Shown one piece after another: positions 24,610 to 36,393 of a stretch of DNA of 64,000 bases. The translations under genes and the position numbers were made by a program. This stretch comes from Eremomyces bilateralis CBS 781.70 (lineage: Eukaryota). Position 1 is the stretch's first letter; each line of letters opens with the position of its first letter. Under the pieces are notes generated by a model. It was not told where the DNA came from. It worked only from the letters and a program-made list of their open reading frames with translations, and searched no databases. The stretch lies in NCBI GenBank assembly GCA_010015585.1, contig ML975166.1. The stretch is one strand, 5' to 3'.

Positions 24610-25844
24610 ATGCAGTTTTCACTTGCCGTTCTTGCGGCTCTGGTGCCGGCCATCTGGGCTCAATGCCCAAGTGTCGAATTCATCTACGGTGCGTCTGGTC
24701 GAATACTGACGGTCTCGTCTCATCTAATTTCACGTTAGCGCGAGCAACGACCGAACCTCCGCAGAACTATGGAAACGACTTTGACGGAGCCGCTGCTCAG
24801 ACCTGGTCCAGGGGATATGGAGCGGCCGGTTACTCTCTGTTCACCAACATAACTGCCTTGATTCCTGACGCCGCTGGACATCCGGTCCATTATCCTGTAC
24901 GTACCGCCTGTTTCTAACAACCAGAAGTTCTTGCTGAGGGGTCTGTAGGCAAGCATGGGAGATTCTATGCCTATTGGCGTGCAAGATTACCTATCACACC
25001 TTGGGGAAACCGCCCAGCGTTGCCCTGACACCAAGTTCGCCCTGGGAGGACACTCCCAAGGAGGTATGGTCACTGTCCAAGTGATTCCTCAAATCCCGGC
25101 GAACATCCTTTCTCGTGTCATCTCAGTGACAATGTTCGGTTCTCCGGCTTGCCCAACGCAGGTATCTGGTCGGTGCATGTCATACTGCCATAGTGGTGAC
25201 TTTGTAAGTGCCCTTGCTAGATATACGAGCGGTTTACTGATATATCCTAGGTATGTGATAGCGCCGGAGGCGGAGGTCTTGGTGGGCTACTAGGTGGCCT
25301 CGGAGGCTCCAGCGGTGGGTCGGGCGGGCTGGGTGGATTGGGAGGATCTAGCGGCGGACTCGGCGGACTTGGGGGACTCGGGGGTTCCAGTGGAGGCCTT
25401 GGTGGACTGAGTGGACTTGGGGGCTCCAGCGGTGGATTTGGAGGCCTGGGAGGTTCTAGTGGAGGTCTCGGTGGACTCAGAGGACTTGGGGGTTCCAGCG
25501 GAGGGCTGGGTGGATTGGGTGGACTTGGGGGCTCTAGCGGTGGGTTGGGCGGACTTGGCGGGCTCGGGGGTTCCAGCGGGAGATCAGGTGGACTCTCGGG
25601 CCTCTCGGGTGGCCTAGGCGGAATAGGAGGCGGTCTTCGAGGCCTGGGAGGGAGCACTCTAGGAGCGGAGAGAAGGGATCTTGTCGAACGCGCCCCCCAA
25701 TGCACTGGCGCTGCGGTGGAGAACCTCCGTCCATCACAGGGCAGCCAGAACGCTCATCTTGCATACAGCGCTGATGGATACTACATTGAAGCCGCTGCTT
25801 GCTTCGTCCTCAGCCAGTATGAGAAGAGCAAAGGTGCCGCTTGA
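24610..25844 (+). CDS. Secreted cutinase/CE5-family protein with a long Gly-rich insertion
   Basis: Signal peptide MQFSLAVLAALVPAIWA; FIYARATTEP, RCPDTKFALGGHSQGG, VTMFGSP, YCHSGDFVC and AHLAY motifs. Introns 24689-24738, 24897-24948, 25204-25250. Confidence 0.9.
25265..25660 (+). repeat. Coding tandem repeat (about 39 bp unit, LGGSSGGLGGLGG) inside the cutinase
   Basis: About eight LGGSSG-containing units with synonymous codon variation and no frame break. Confidence 0.9.
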
Positions 25845-26100
25845 CCGACGGCCGAGTAAATCAGACGGGTTCAATTTCGCGAAACATCGAATTGTTCCAC
25901 AACGAATATGCACACGGCCATATGATCTATACTAGGACCTATTCTTGTCTATCTAATGACCCATTTGACAGCTCGCAGGAAAATTCCTCTCCGTCCACCC
26001 CTTGTACGCAACCAGGGTTTCATATTCGAATGAGGGGAACCTGGACGTTACACGTGTTTGTTATTAATGGCATGTGGACAAGGAGAGGAGATTTTATACT

Positions 26101-26552
26101 TACTATGGTTACAGGCAAAAGTATTGTTAGCGCGGCGCTAAGCAGTGGTATTCAACCTAAACCGTTTTTGTTCTTTTTTCATTACAAATTAGATATAGAT
26201 TTCATTATCGTGTATAGCCTCCATTTGCGCCTATCACATCCTGGCATCTCTGGCCCATCGATTCGACAACTCGTACAGGAATTCCTCTGGTATAGCCTCC
26301 CAAGCATCGTTAATTCCCCCCCGAAGCTGGTCATAAGATAATCAGACATCCCCAATTCCCCATAGTGGTCCTGGATCTAGTCCTTCATCTAATTCCATAC
26401 TGTCTCAATAGGATTCAGGTCCGGAGAATGAGCAGGCTAATAGATGGTGAAATCTATATCTAATTAGTAATGGAAGAATGAACAAAACCGGTTTAGGTTA
26501 GACACCCCTGATTAGCGCCGCGCTAACAATACTTTTGCCTGTAACCATAGTA
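26101..26552 (-). mobile_element. Non-autonomous Tc1/mariner (IS630-like) deletion derivative with RIP-type mutations
   Basis: About 107-bp terminal inverted repeats (26103-26209 and 26443-26550, starting CTATGGTTACAGGCAAAAGTATTGTTAGCGCGGCGCTAA), TA at both flanks; internal minus-strand transposase tail *PAHSPDLNPIETVWN*MKD*IQ..DAWEAIPEEFL..ESMGQRCQDVIGANGGYTR. Confidence 0.95.
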
Positions 26553-26908
26553 GAGCCAGTTACTAATACAATAAGCCGTCTTACTCTTGAATAGGTACCA
26601 AATACCTCGCTGCAGGGAAATGGTCGCGGATTTGTGCTTCGCGTGCATAATTCGATTCCGGATCGATATCAATTTCCTCGCTGCTCGGTATGGCACGGAA
26701 CGAATCGCCCTGCCACCCGGTGACATATTAACTAATCCCCAAGAGAGGTTGATCGGGATACATGTTTCATCACACGACAGGTTGAATGGTATAGTACGGG
26801 TAACTCTGATGACGGAATGTATGCTTGCAATCGTATAAAATGGAAGCGCGGTCCATACGATGTAGTTTGATTCGGCCACCCGAATCGTGATATTTCGTAT
26901 CCTTTCCG

Positions 26909-28588
26909 ATGGCCTTCCAATTCATTTGGAGTCTTTTCTCTCGCATTTTCACAATTTCCTTGCTTCTGTTGATTTGTGTAAGTACCAAGTCTTCCTCTAT
27001 CCAAGCAGTCCCCGGCTAAGTGGCGGTGTAGGCCGTCGTGTACCAGCTTTCAATCTATATCTACAATGTCTTCTTCCATCCGCTTCGCAGGTATCCAGGT
27101 CCACGCCTCTGCGCTGCAAGCTTCATCCCGACCATCGAGAAGATGGTTGACGGCGAAGCGCAAAAATGGATAACTAATTTGCACTCTCAATACGGTGAGG
27201 TCGTTCGAGTTGCCCCGAACGAACTAAGCTACTCCAGCGCACAGTCATGGAAGGACATTTATGGCCATCGACGTGCCGGGGAGCCAGTATTGACGAAACC
27301 CGACCGTTTCTACGAGTTTCCGGACTCGGTTCCTAGTATCGTGAACGCTGGCGCGGCGGATCACAGCCGTTTCCGTCGAGTCTTCTCCCACGCATTCTCC
27401 GACAAAGCCCTAAAGCTGCAAGAACCATTATTCTTGGCATACGTTGACAAGCTCGTCAAGGTCATGTATACCGCGGCGCAGAAGGATTCCAAGCATGTCT
27501 TCGATATGGTCCGGATGTACAACTACACGACTTTTGACGTTATGGGCGACCTTACCTTCGGCGAGTCGCTAGACATGCTTGATATGGAAGGATATCATCC
27601 GTGGGTAGCAGCGGTATTTAGTAACTTCAAGTTTGGAGTCTATCTCCACAGCATCCGCTACTATTCCATCATCGAGAAGGCATTATTTGGTATGGTGATG
27701 AGCCTGCTGCCGCCATCACTGAACGAGAAAAGGAAACTGCACCACGAGTTCTCTCGTGCGAGGGTGGATCGTCGCCTGGAGAAGAAAGATGCTCGGCCGG
27801 ATATCTGGGGACTCGTTCTCCAGAGAGACGGGGAGTCGGGGCTGACTCGCCAGGAGATGTATGAACACGGAAATTTGTTTATGATTGGTAACTCTCTTTC
27901 CATTCCATTGATGAAAGCGCCTTCTGACAACTCAAAGCGGGCACAGAGACCACTGCAACCGCCTTGAGCGGGCTCACCTGGTACCTGCTCAAGAACCCCG
28001 ACAAGCTGAAGATGTTGACGGAAGAGATTCGCGGCGCTTTTCCTTCGGAAGATGACATTACCATCGAAAGGTTACAGGCGCTGAAGTATCTCCAAGGTTG
28101 CGTTGAAGAGGGTCTTAGGATGTATCCTCCGATTTCCAATGGTCTGCCCCGAGTTGTGCCTCCAGAAGGCGTCACGATCGATGGAAAAACTGTGCCTCCT
28201 GGAACTAATGTCTACGCCACCCATATTTCAGTGTACCGAAACCCTAACAACTTCCGGGACCCCTACTCTTTCATCCCTGAAAGATGGTTTTCTGACAAGT
28301 ATTCGGAAGACAAGAAACATGCGTTCCAACCTTTCTCTTATGGGCCCAGAAACTGCCTTGGGAAGAAGTAAGTGCCCCGAGCCAGAGATCGGGGCAGATG
28401 AATCTCGCTGACTGATGCCCATTAGTATGGCTTATCATGAAATACGGATAATCCTAGCGAAGGTGCTCTGGAACTTCGACCTCACGTTATGTCCCGAGAG
28501 TGAGAACTGGGGAGATCAGAAGACTTATCTTATGTGGGATAAGCCGCAATTACTGGTGAACGCTACACCAGCAGCACGCAAGGCATGA
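26909..28588 (+). CDS. Cytochrome P450 monooxygenase, CYP65/Tri11-like
   Basis: N-terminal membrane anchor, FFHPLRRYPGP, AGTETTAT (across an intron), EGLR, PERW and heme motif FSYGPRNCLG; three introns (about 26978-27031, 27888-27937, 28368-28425). Confidence 0.95.
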
Positions 28589-28657
28589 GATATGAATGGA
28601 TGTTTTATTCTCGTATTGTCCCTATCTGTCTTATTTATCAGGAGACAGGTACCTTAT

Positions 28658-29488
28658 CTATATACATGTCCAACCGTTATCGCAGTTGACGAGAGAGCCG
28701 TTGATAGTCCCTACGCCATCAGTGCACAAGAGAGCCACAGTCTTTGCGACCTCTTCAATCGGATTCCATCGGAGGCCAGCTGCCATTGACGAACTCGCAA
28801 GACGTAACCCTTCTGGATGATACTTGCTGACGTCATGCGCATCACTGCCCATATTCGTTTTCATAGGACCGGGCATGATTGCTAGACACCTTATCCCCTC
28901 TGGGCCATAGAAAGCTGCCGTGTTCTTCGTCAAACCCACCAGCCCGTGTTTCGACGCAGTGTAGGCGCAACCTAACCCAGTCAGCAGTGCGACTCAGCAA
29001 GATCATCGGATGTATATACCAGCACGATATCCGAACTCGCCTGCGGATGAGATGATGTTCAACAGCACACCCCCTTTCGGCTCTTGCTTCAGCATCTGCC
29101 GCACCGAGTGCTGCGACGTGATGAATGGCGCAGTAAGGTTCACCAGAAGGTTTCGGTCCCACAAAGCCCGCGGACAGTCGCCCACGGGAGCCATTTGATC
29201 GTTGATGGCCGCACAATTGATTAGAATATCGAGCCGCCCAAGCTTCTGCACGGTCTCTTCAATCGTCTTCTCCACGGCTGACTCATCCGTGCTGTCACAT
29301 TGGACTGCAAGAAGACGCTCTCGATGCTCAGCTGGAACTGTAGCTGGGCATTCCTCCAACCGCTTGGGGTCGATGTCCGTTGCAACAACGTTGGCACCCT
29401 CGGAAAGGAACCTTTGTACAATGGCCAGACCTAAACCTCCAGCTCCTCCCGTAACGATAGCAGTTTTTCCAGCTAGAAATTTAGACAT
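28658..29488 (-). CDS. Short-chain dehydrogenase/reductase
   Basis: TGGAGGLG cofactor motif, NCAAI, catalytic YTASK after one intron (about 28972-29019), PGPMKT. Confidence 0.93.
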
Positions 29489-29966
29489 GGGTTTGAAGCA
29501 TGGAAAGACTTTGGCTAATAGACTTTGGTAAAACGAGAATGCCTAGGTCGCTCCGATCAAGGTTTCCACGGAACATACATATATACATGTACCAGAATTG
29601 CCTGGGCATGCGTGCCCCGCTCCTTGTCCTCGCATTGGATACACGGGCAAGGATGAACGGACCGAACCCTGCCGCAATTATGCTGCGGGAACCGGGGTGG
29701 CTGATTTGCATAAGTGAACTTCACTTCAAACAGCGCAAGAAACTGACATTCCGTCGGAACAACTGATGCCGTGCATTGTACGTAAAGAATGACAACCGAA
29801 CATGTGCTGCTAGCCATGGTTGAACCCGACATAGGCTCAAATCGATCGTAACTGTGACTCCACATAATACAAAACTTGCACACAGCTACCTAGAGGCTCC
29901 TAGCTTGCGATCATGCCCCGAATCCCAAGGATTGCCTCTTCTGCTTCGCGGTCGGGCCAACATCCA

Positions 29967-31222
29967 CTAGACAAGCTCCACCATATTGAATGCCACGGGA
30001 CTGCACTGGTCTGCCCACCAACGATCGTAGAGGTTGGAGAAGTCCCCACTGATGCACCGATAAAACTCAGTGCTACCACCTAGAGCCAGGGTGCCATCAT
30101 TGCAGACGCTGAAACCCCCTGTAAAGATCGAGCCATCCTGTGGCGGGTCGTCGAATTGGAACTGGTAATTGGATGCGATGTATCCGGTTCGGCCGAACTC
30201 GTCTTTCAGAACCCCATTTTCAAGAGTCATTTTCAATGAGTCGGCGGAAGCGCCAGCTCGGAATTGAGGCCGTGGTGTCAGTTGGCGACGGGAGAGTAGG
30301 TTCGGAGAACGAGGAGCTTGGATTTGGCCGTCGCCAATCTGACCGACTAGTCCTCCACCTGCAGCCTGGACTTGACCGTCGCCAATCTGACTGACTGCTC
30401 CTCCACCTGGGGCTTGGATTTGGCCGTCGCCAATCTGGCCGGCTAGTCCTCCACCTGGAGCTTGGATCTGACCGTCGTCAATCTGGCCGACGAGTTTTTC
30501 ACCTGGAGCCTGGATTTGTCCATCGGCTATCTGACTAGCGATTCCTCCGCCTGGAGCTTGGATTTGGCCGTCGCCAATCTGGCCGGCTAGTCCTCCACCT
30601 GGAGCTTGGATCTGACCGTCGTCAATCTGGCCGACGAGTTTTTCACCTGGAGCCTGGATTTGTCCATCGGCTATCTGACTAGCGATTCCTCCGCCTGGAG
30701 CTTGGATTTGACCGTCGGGAACCTGGCCGACGACCCCTCCACCTGGAACTTGGATCTGGCCGTCGAGAATCTGGCCGACGACTCCTCCACCCGGAGCCTG
30801 GATTTGTCCATCGCCAATCTGAGAAACGACGCCTCCACCAGGAGCCTGGGGCTGCCCATCAGGTATCTGCGAAACGGCTCCACCTCCACCCGAAGGCGTT
30901 TGCGGCTGGCCGTCGTCGATCTAATAGATTGTTAGGAGAACTGTAAATAGATCGGTTTCATCATAGACGGTCGAACCTGCGACACCAGTTCTCCATCTCG
31001 TTTCAACCTTCCCCGTGGACCGGCCGTATTGACATCCGTCACGAGCATGCCGAACGTGCCGGGGTAGTTGGGTATGCATCCTGGGGGCGGAGGTATGTCG
31101 GGTGCTCTGAGTTCGGTTACGCCTTGGGGAGCAGTTGGCATTGCGTTTCCGGTCTGCTGCATCGACGCCGTAAGGGCAATGATTGTAACGGCGCGACGCG
31201 TCAGGGAATGTTGATGCGGCAT
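29967..31222 (-). CDS. PIR/Cis3-type covalently linked cell wall protein
   Basis: Exons 31222-30977 and 30920-29967; LKR dibasic site; 13 Q[I/V]xDGQ[I/P/V]Q repeats with a 48-bp period; C-terminal GRTGYIASNYQFQFDDPPQ..FYRCISG..QCSPV domain. Confidence 0.93.
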
Positions 31223-31641
31223 GATCGGAAGTTCGACTTGATGTTGAAGATAACGATGGTTTTTGATAGAATGGAAGGAAGCTACGTGGACGATGATAGA
31301 TCGTGTGATGACTCGAGTGATGCAAAGTTCGATGGAGAAGAGCAGATGAGAACGGTACGAACGTTGTTTATATCGAACAGACATTGAGAAATAGCAACCA
31401 CGGTCGCCGGACCTACCTCATTGCTGCTTTCCTGTGGCGGATAGGAGATCAGCACCTGCTTCACGGCTGAGTGCCGAGCCGCTGCATTCGATGGGGTCAT
31501 TTCTGCCCGGTTGAAACTGCCAAAAACCCATCTTGGTGATGTTTGGATACGATTCGATCCACACCGGTTCTTCAAGCTGTAAGTGCTGGTAAAGGCAGCG
31601 GTTAATGTGACATTGAGTGTCAGATATTGGGGAGGAGGGAT

Positions 31642-31661
31642 AGAGAGAGAGAGAGAGAGAG
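31642..31661. repeat. (AG)n microsatellite
   Basis: About ten AG units in the intergenic region between the PIR gene and OST4. Confidence 0.85.
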
Positions 31662-32140
31662 CGAGATATTCATACGCCCGTCAGGCCTCTCTGTGGGAGG
31701 AGGGATAGACTGCGGTTGAGGTTTCCTGACTGTATCCAATCGAACCCATGGTCACGTGATATTCAAACCCCGGACCCACTCTAGTGAGCTATGTCATGTG
31801 ACTGTGGCTGGTACAAATACTCTAGCCACACTGCTCGTCCAGGGACCCCTGCCCTTCCGGGGAGCGATATCTTGATAGTTTCATGTGCAGTTAAGGCCAG
31901 CTTGAGGTTGTCATTCCGTCCATATGCCGCAATAATTATTCAATCCATAAACTACAACGCAAATTGAGTTCGAGTCGATCATTATCACTCCCAATCTCTC
32001 CTTACCGGCCACCGACCCTTTCGCTACTCTCCACTGTCCTGCTCAACAATCGCCGGAACCCTTGTGGCAGCTCTCCTCATCCTCCATCTATCCAACACCG
32101 CGACCAACCCACTCCAACCCATCCTCCCATCCGCCCCACG

Positions 32141-32314
32141 ATGATCTCCGACTCGCAGCTCTACAGCCTGGCGCTGTTCCTCGGCGGCGCCTCCGTGCTG
32201 CTCATCGTCCTCTACCACTACCTCGAAATCAACGCGGAGAACACCGATGACCTCTCCGAAGAGCGGAAGGCCGACGCGGTGCCGGTGAAGGCGGCGGGCA
32301 AGGTTAAGAGCTAA
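32141..32314 (+). CDS. OST4: Oligosaccharyltransferase small subunit Ost4
   Basis: MISDSQLYSLALFLGGASVLLIVLYHYLEIN matches the Ost4 single-TM signature MISD..L...A..LG.....LIV.YH. Confidence 0.92.
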   Translation: MISDSQLYSLALFLGGASVLLIVLYHYLEINAENTDDLSEERKADAVPVKAAGKVKS

Positions 32315-32707
32315 TTTAATCGGTCGCGGATTTGGATTACGCGGTTATCACGATGGGGTTGAGGCGCTAGCTGTGCGTGAAGGCCGACGTCTGAGGGTAG
32401 AAGGCTTTTGCCACGGAAGAGGGGAAGGGGGATAGGTGGTGTTATTTTAGAGAGGAGGATGAAGAGGACAGATCATATTCGATGGGAACTAGGCATGTAC
32501 TCCTAGTCGCGAACTAACAGGGACCTGGATTGCATTGCGTGGCGTCACGGAAGCTTGATTCGGCGTTGGAAACTACATGTGCTACAAGCCTGAGAGGATC
32601 GCATCCGTTAGCAGACCAATGCTTCCTCGAAACGGAGCGAAAAGTTAAAGCAAATGATATTGGCTTATTGACCCGTACCCGGCTGCTTAAATGTATCAAA
32701 TCATATC

Positions 32708-34759
32708 CTACAAATTCGGTCGCAACTGCGCTTTCCCGTCCGTCGTGAAGGCTTTGAAATATTCCTCCAGCGCCTCTCCCGTCCCCGACCCTTCCACAAG
32801 CTTCACCACACAGCCCACGTACCCGTCCGGCCGAACGACGACCACGCCCCCGTCATCCCCAAAGCCCATCTTGGCGTGCGCCGCACCCACTGCGCCGTCC
32901 GCTAAACTCTCGGGCACGCGAATGTCGGGGACATCGTCCGCGTAGATGTGGTCCCTGTAGCTGGCGAAGAGATTCCCGGCCCCCAGAAGAGTCGACCTGC
33001 GCTCGGCGATGCGCGGCCGCGGCAGCGAGAAGATGGTGCAGATGGAGAAGAACGCCGAGTGGACGTTGTGTGGTTCGTGGTGGGAGACCCGGTGGCTAGG
33101 CAGGAAGGAGAAGCGCTGGTAGAAGGACTTCGGGTGGGCGAGGTATTGCGCGAGGGACTGGAGGGCGCGGACGGAGGAGCTGGGGGCATTGCTGGAGTCG
33201 CGGTAGGGTTTGCCGCCGAAGATATAGATCCGGTACGACCCGTTGAGCGGGATCTCCTGCTCGAGGTGCACCTCGTTGGCATCGGCCACGCGAGTCACTG
33301 TCGATGGGATCAGAATGCGGCCAGTTCGCAGGGTGGTCGCCTCAGGGTGGCGGAGGAAAAGGTGGGATTTGGCTGAGTGGCTCGGACACCAGTTGAAGAC
33401 ATTGGAGCCATACGCAACACCGTATCCGCTAGTAAACTCGCAGCCGGCTTTGAATGTCTTGACGAAGTCGTTCTCCTCCAGCTCGCTGGCCTGGTGGGCC
33501 GAGCCGATTTCGCCCGCGGTGGGAGGTCGTGTTGAGAATAGCTTGGCGTATTTGGCATCGAATGAAAGCAGGTTCTGCGCTACGGATTTCCTTTCGGGCT
33601 CGTAGGTGGAAAGGATGGACCGGGGGGAGAAGTCGGATTCGACGTGGTGGATCTTCCAGGCGAGGTTCGCCGCGTCCAGAAATGCGGTGTTCATCCCTTG
33701 ACCGGCTTTTGGCTAGAGGGTGTTAGGAGCTGCTTATATGACCACCGATTGGAAAACTTACGCTATGCGTGTGGCAGCAGTCACCACCGAGGAAGACACG
33801 TTCGTCAAGTGTATACTTTGATGCGATGCCTTGTCCAATAGGGTACACCGAGTACCACTCGACGCTATCCCACTCGAGGTAGTAGGGTTTCAAGATCTGT
33901 TTCGCTTTTTCTTGCACCTCTTTCTCCGTCGCCGTTTTCCGAGGGTTGAAGTCCGGATCTGTTGAGGAGGCAATCTGAATGTACAGCCGGACCATGTTGT
34001 CCTCCCTTGGAATGACCATGATCGAACCGGCATCTGAGTGGATCGTACATTTCATCTGTTTTCGATGTCAGAATTCTGGAAACGCAACTAGAACCGCTAG
34101 CATACCTTGATGTCGGGGAAGTTAGTCCGCACCACACCATCCATGACGCCCCATACATTGGAGATGGGGTCCCCAAAGTCCATCTTCACGCCAAGCCGCT
34201 CTCGAATGAAGCTCCGAGCCCCTTCTCCGCTGAAAAGATACTTCGCACGAACCGTCTCCTTGCCCTTCTGCTCTCCATCGACATGCTGGATTGTTACGGA
34301 CACCGGATAAGTCGGGTCGTGCCCATCGTTCTCGAAATCGGTGATTGTCCACGGTCTCTGGACCGATGTTCCATTCGTTTCCATGTCCCCGATGAACGCT
34401 TGCTCGATGTGTCCTTGATGCAACAGCGTTGTGAACGGGTATCTCGCGTCAATGAACTTCGGGCAACTTGCCCAAGTCCCTGTTCGATGGATCCCCTGGT
34501 TGCCTGCGGCCGGGTCCCAAAACGCAACCTCGTACACCTTCGCCGGATGATGGGCCATTATGGCTCGTTTTAAGCCCATATTCCGTAAAAGGTCAAGGGA
34601 TCGCGGTTGAATGCCATCGGCACGTCCGGTGGCTGTTGGTTCCGGCCTGTTGTCGATATGCTTGATCTTGTAACCCCACCTCGCAAGGCATGTACTTAGC
34701 ATCAGGCCAACCGGACCTGCGCCAACGATGACAATGTCATATTTATCCGCGGAAGCCAT
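32708..34759 (-). CDS. FAD-dependent phenol 2-monooxygenase family protein
   Basis: [44 protein letters not shown] and C-terminal [10 protein letters not shown]; two introns (about 34038-34105 and 33713-33760). Confidence 0.93.
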
Positions 34760-36393
34760 AGCAGAACGAGAGCCTCAAGGCGCACTTCTATGCTCTGGAT
34801 ACCCAAAATCTTAGGTGTTAAATAAAGAGAAAGTCGACAATCTCCGAAAAAATGTACAGCGAAGAGAAATGACAAATATATAAGATGAATAGCCGCTAGA
34901 AAGAAACTTGGAGACCATATGAAAGTCCCAGTGAAGCTCTTAACTCTTCATGGGCTCACCTGGCGGCGCGAACGATCAATATAAAGCGCCGATCGCCATA
35001 CGGCGTATGTTGAGGTCGAGTGCCGTAACATTTGCCAATGTAATTAACTCGAAGCTAAATGGCCGGATCCCGCATGCGCAGGGCGGGGGGTTAGCTCGTA
35101 ACCGCGCACCGAAAGATGGATGTTGTAAACCGGATGATGACATCGGTATCTGAACGTGTCGCATATCGATGCCGAATCCTCTGCCCGAGTCTGGAAGGAA
35201 GGCATCCAGGCATTCAGGCAGCCACAAGGAGTCAGATCCCGAGTTTCGAGCGAGACCACCGGGTCTACGGGGTCATCATCAATTCATCCATCATCTAGTT
35301 TCCACAAGTTGGTGGAATACTCCTTCGTTCACGGTTCGTAGTTCATAAGTTCGCACGCAGACCGCCGTCCATCCACCGTTCGCCTCCATGATCCACTACC
35401 CCGTGGGGCAACCACGAGTCCATCTCGAATTCTCCATGTTCACACGTCGCAGTAAGCCAGCAACAACCCGGACCGAAGTTGGAAACTCTCTAGTCGCCAT
35501 GATCGGGATTGTCGGACATATACCGGACATACTTGGAGAACTCGGTGCGCGAACGGTTATGTGGAGGATGTCGCTCTCTTCGATTCCCTGCGCAAATCAT
35601 CGTGTCTGCACTCTGAAGTCTGAAGCAGTGTTCCTCATCACTTGGTCATCCCCACACATCCTCCCTGGATGTTATGAAGATCGGGCCATCTGGGTGTGTC
35701 TTCAGCCTTCAAGTTTCTATGGATGGCATCGAGATGGATCATGTACGGGTAGATCCTCCTGTCATTAGGCCAGGCTGGAAGGGATAAGGTCTGCGGTAGG
35801 TAATGGTAATGAAGGCGGGACCCGCCATTTCGCATTGAGATGAGATGAGACGCTGGAATTTAATTTGCATCTTTAAGTCAGATTGTCTATGGATGTACAC
35901 CACAAATAATTACCAGTATTATTCCGCAAGTTCCTTAAAGCACTGTACCCTCAAGGTCCGCAGAGCCAGGCTTTTCACTCAGGGTCCTTTAGGCTCCTCA
36001 GACGGTCTTTCTTGAGCTCATAGCAGAGCCACCAATATTCGTCATGATCATATTACTAACTAATGCATGGAAGTTGAATTCCTAGTACGTGAACACTTCG
36101 GCTCTATCACCAACTCACGATAAGTATCAACCTGAACACCTTCAATGGAGATCGGAAATCCAGCCTGTGATTGGCCCATTTCCACCGGAGTTAGACCGAA
36201 TTGTCCAAGCTGGGGTCCAGCCGGAGCTGTCTCTAGAATTAGTAAAGTCGAATTTAGTCATGATTCTGTGAAGTCCATGATGACGCCAGGAATTCCTAAG
36301 CATCCAACTTCCTCAACAGACGTATACCAGGCGGAGCTGGGTTAGATATTGCTTCACCATGAGTTTCCAGCCGATGTTATGCCTGTAAATTCC

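Noticed and set aside
25247..25705. Pro-rich, extensin-like 152-aa minus-strand ORF
   Set aside because: Antisense mirror of the Gly repeat in the cutinase exon.
30606..30935. Plus-strand repeat ORF (WSLDL repeats) resembling an LRR
   Set aside because: Antisense reading of the PIR repeats.
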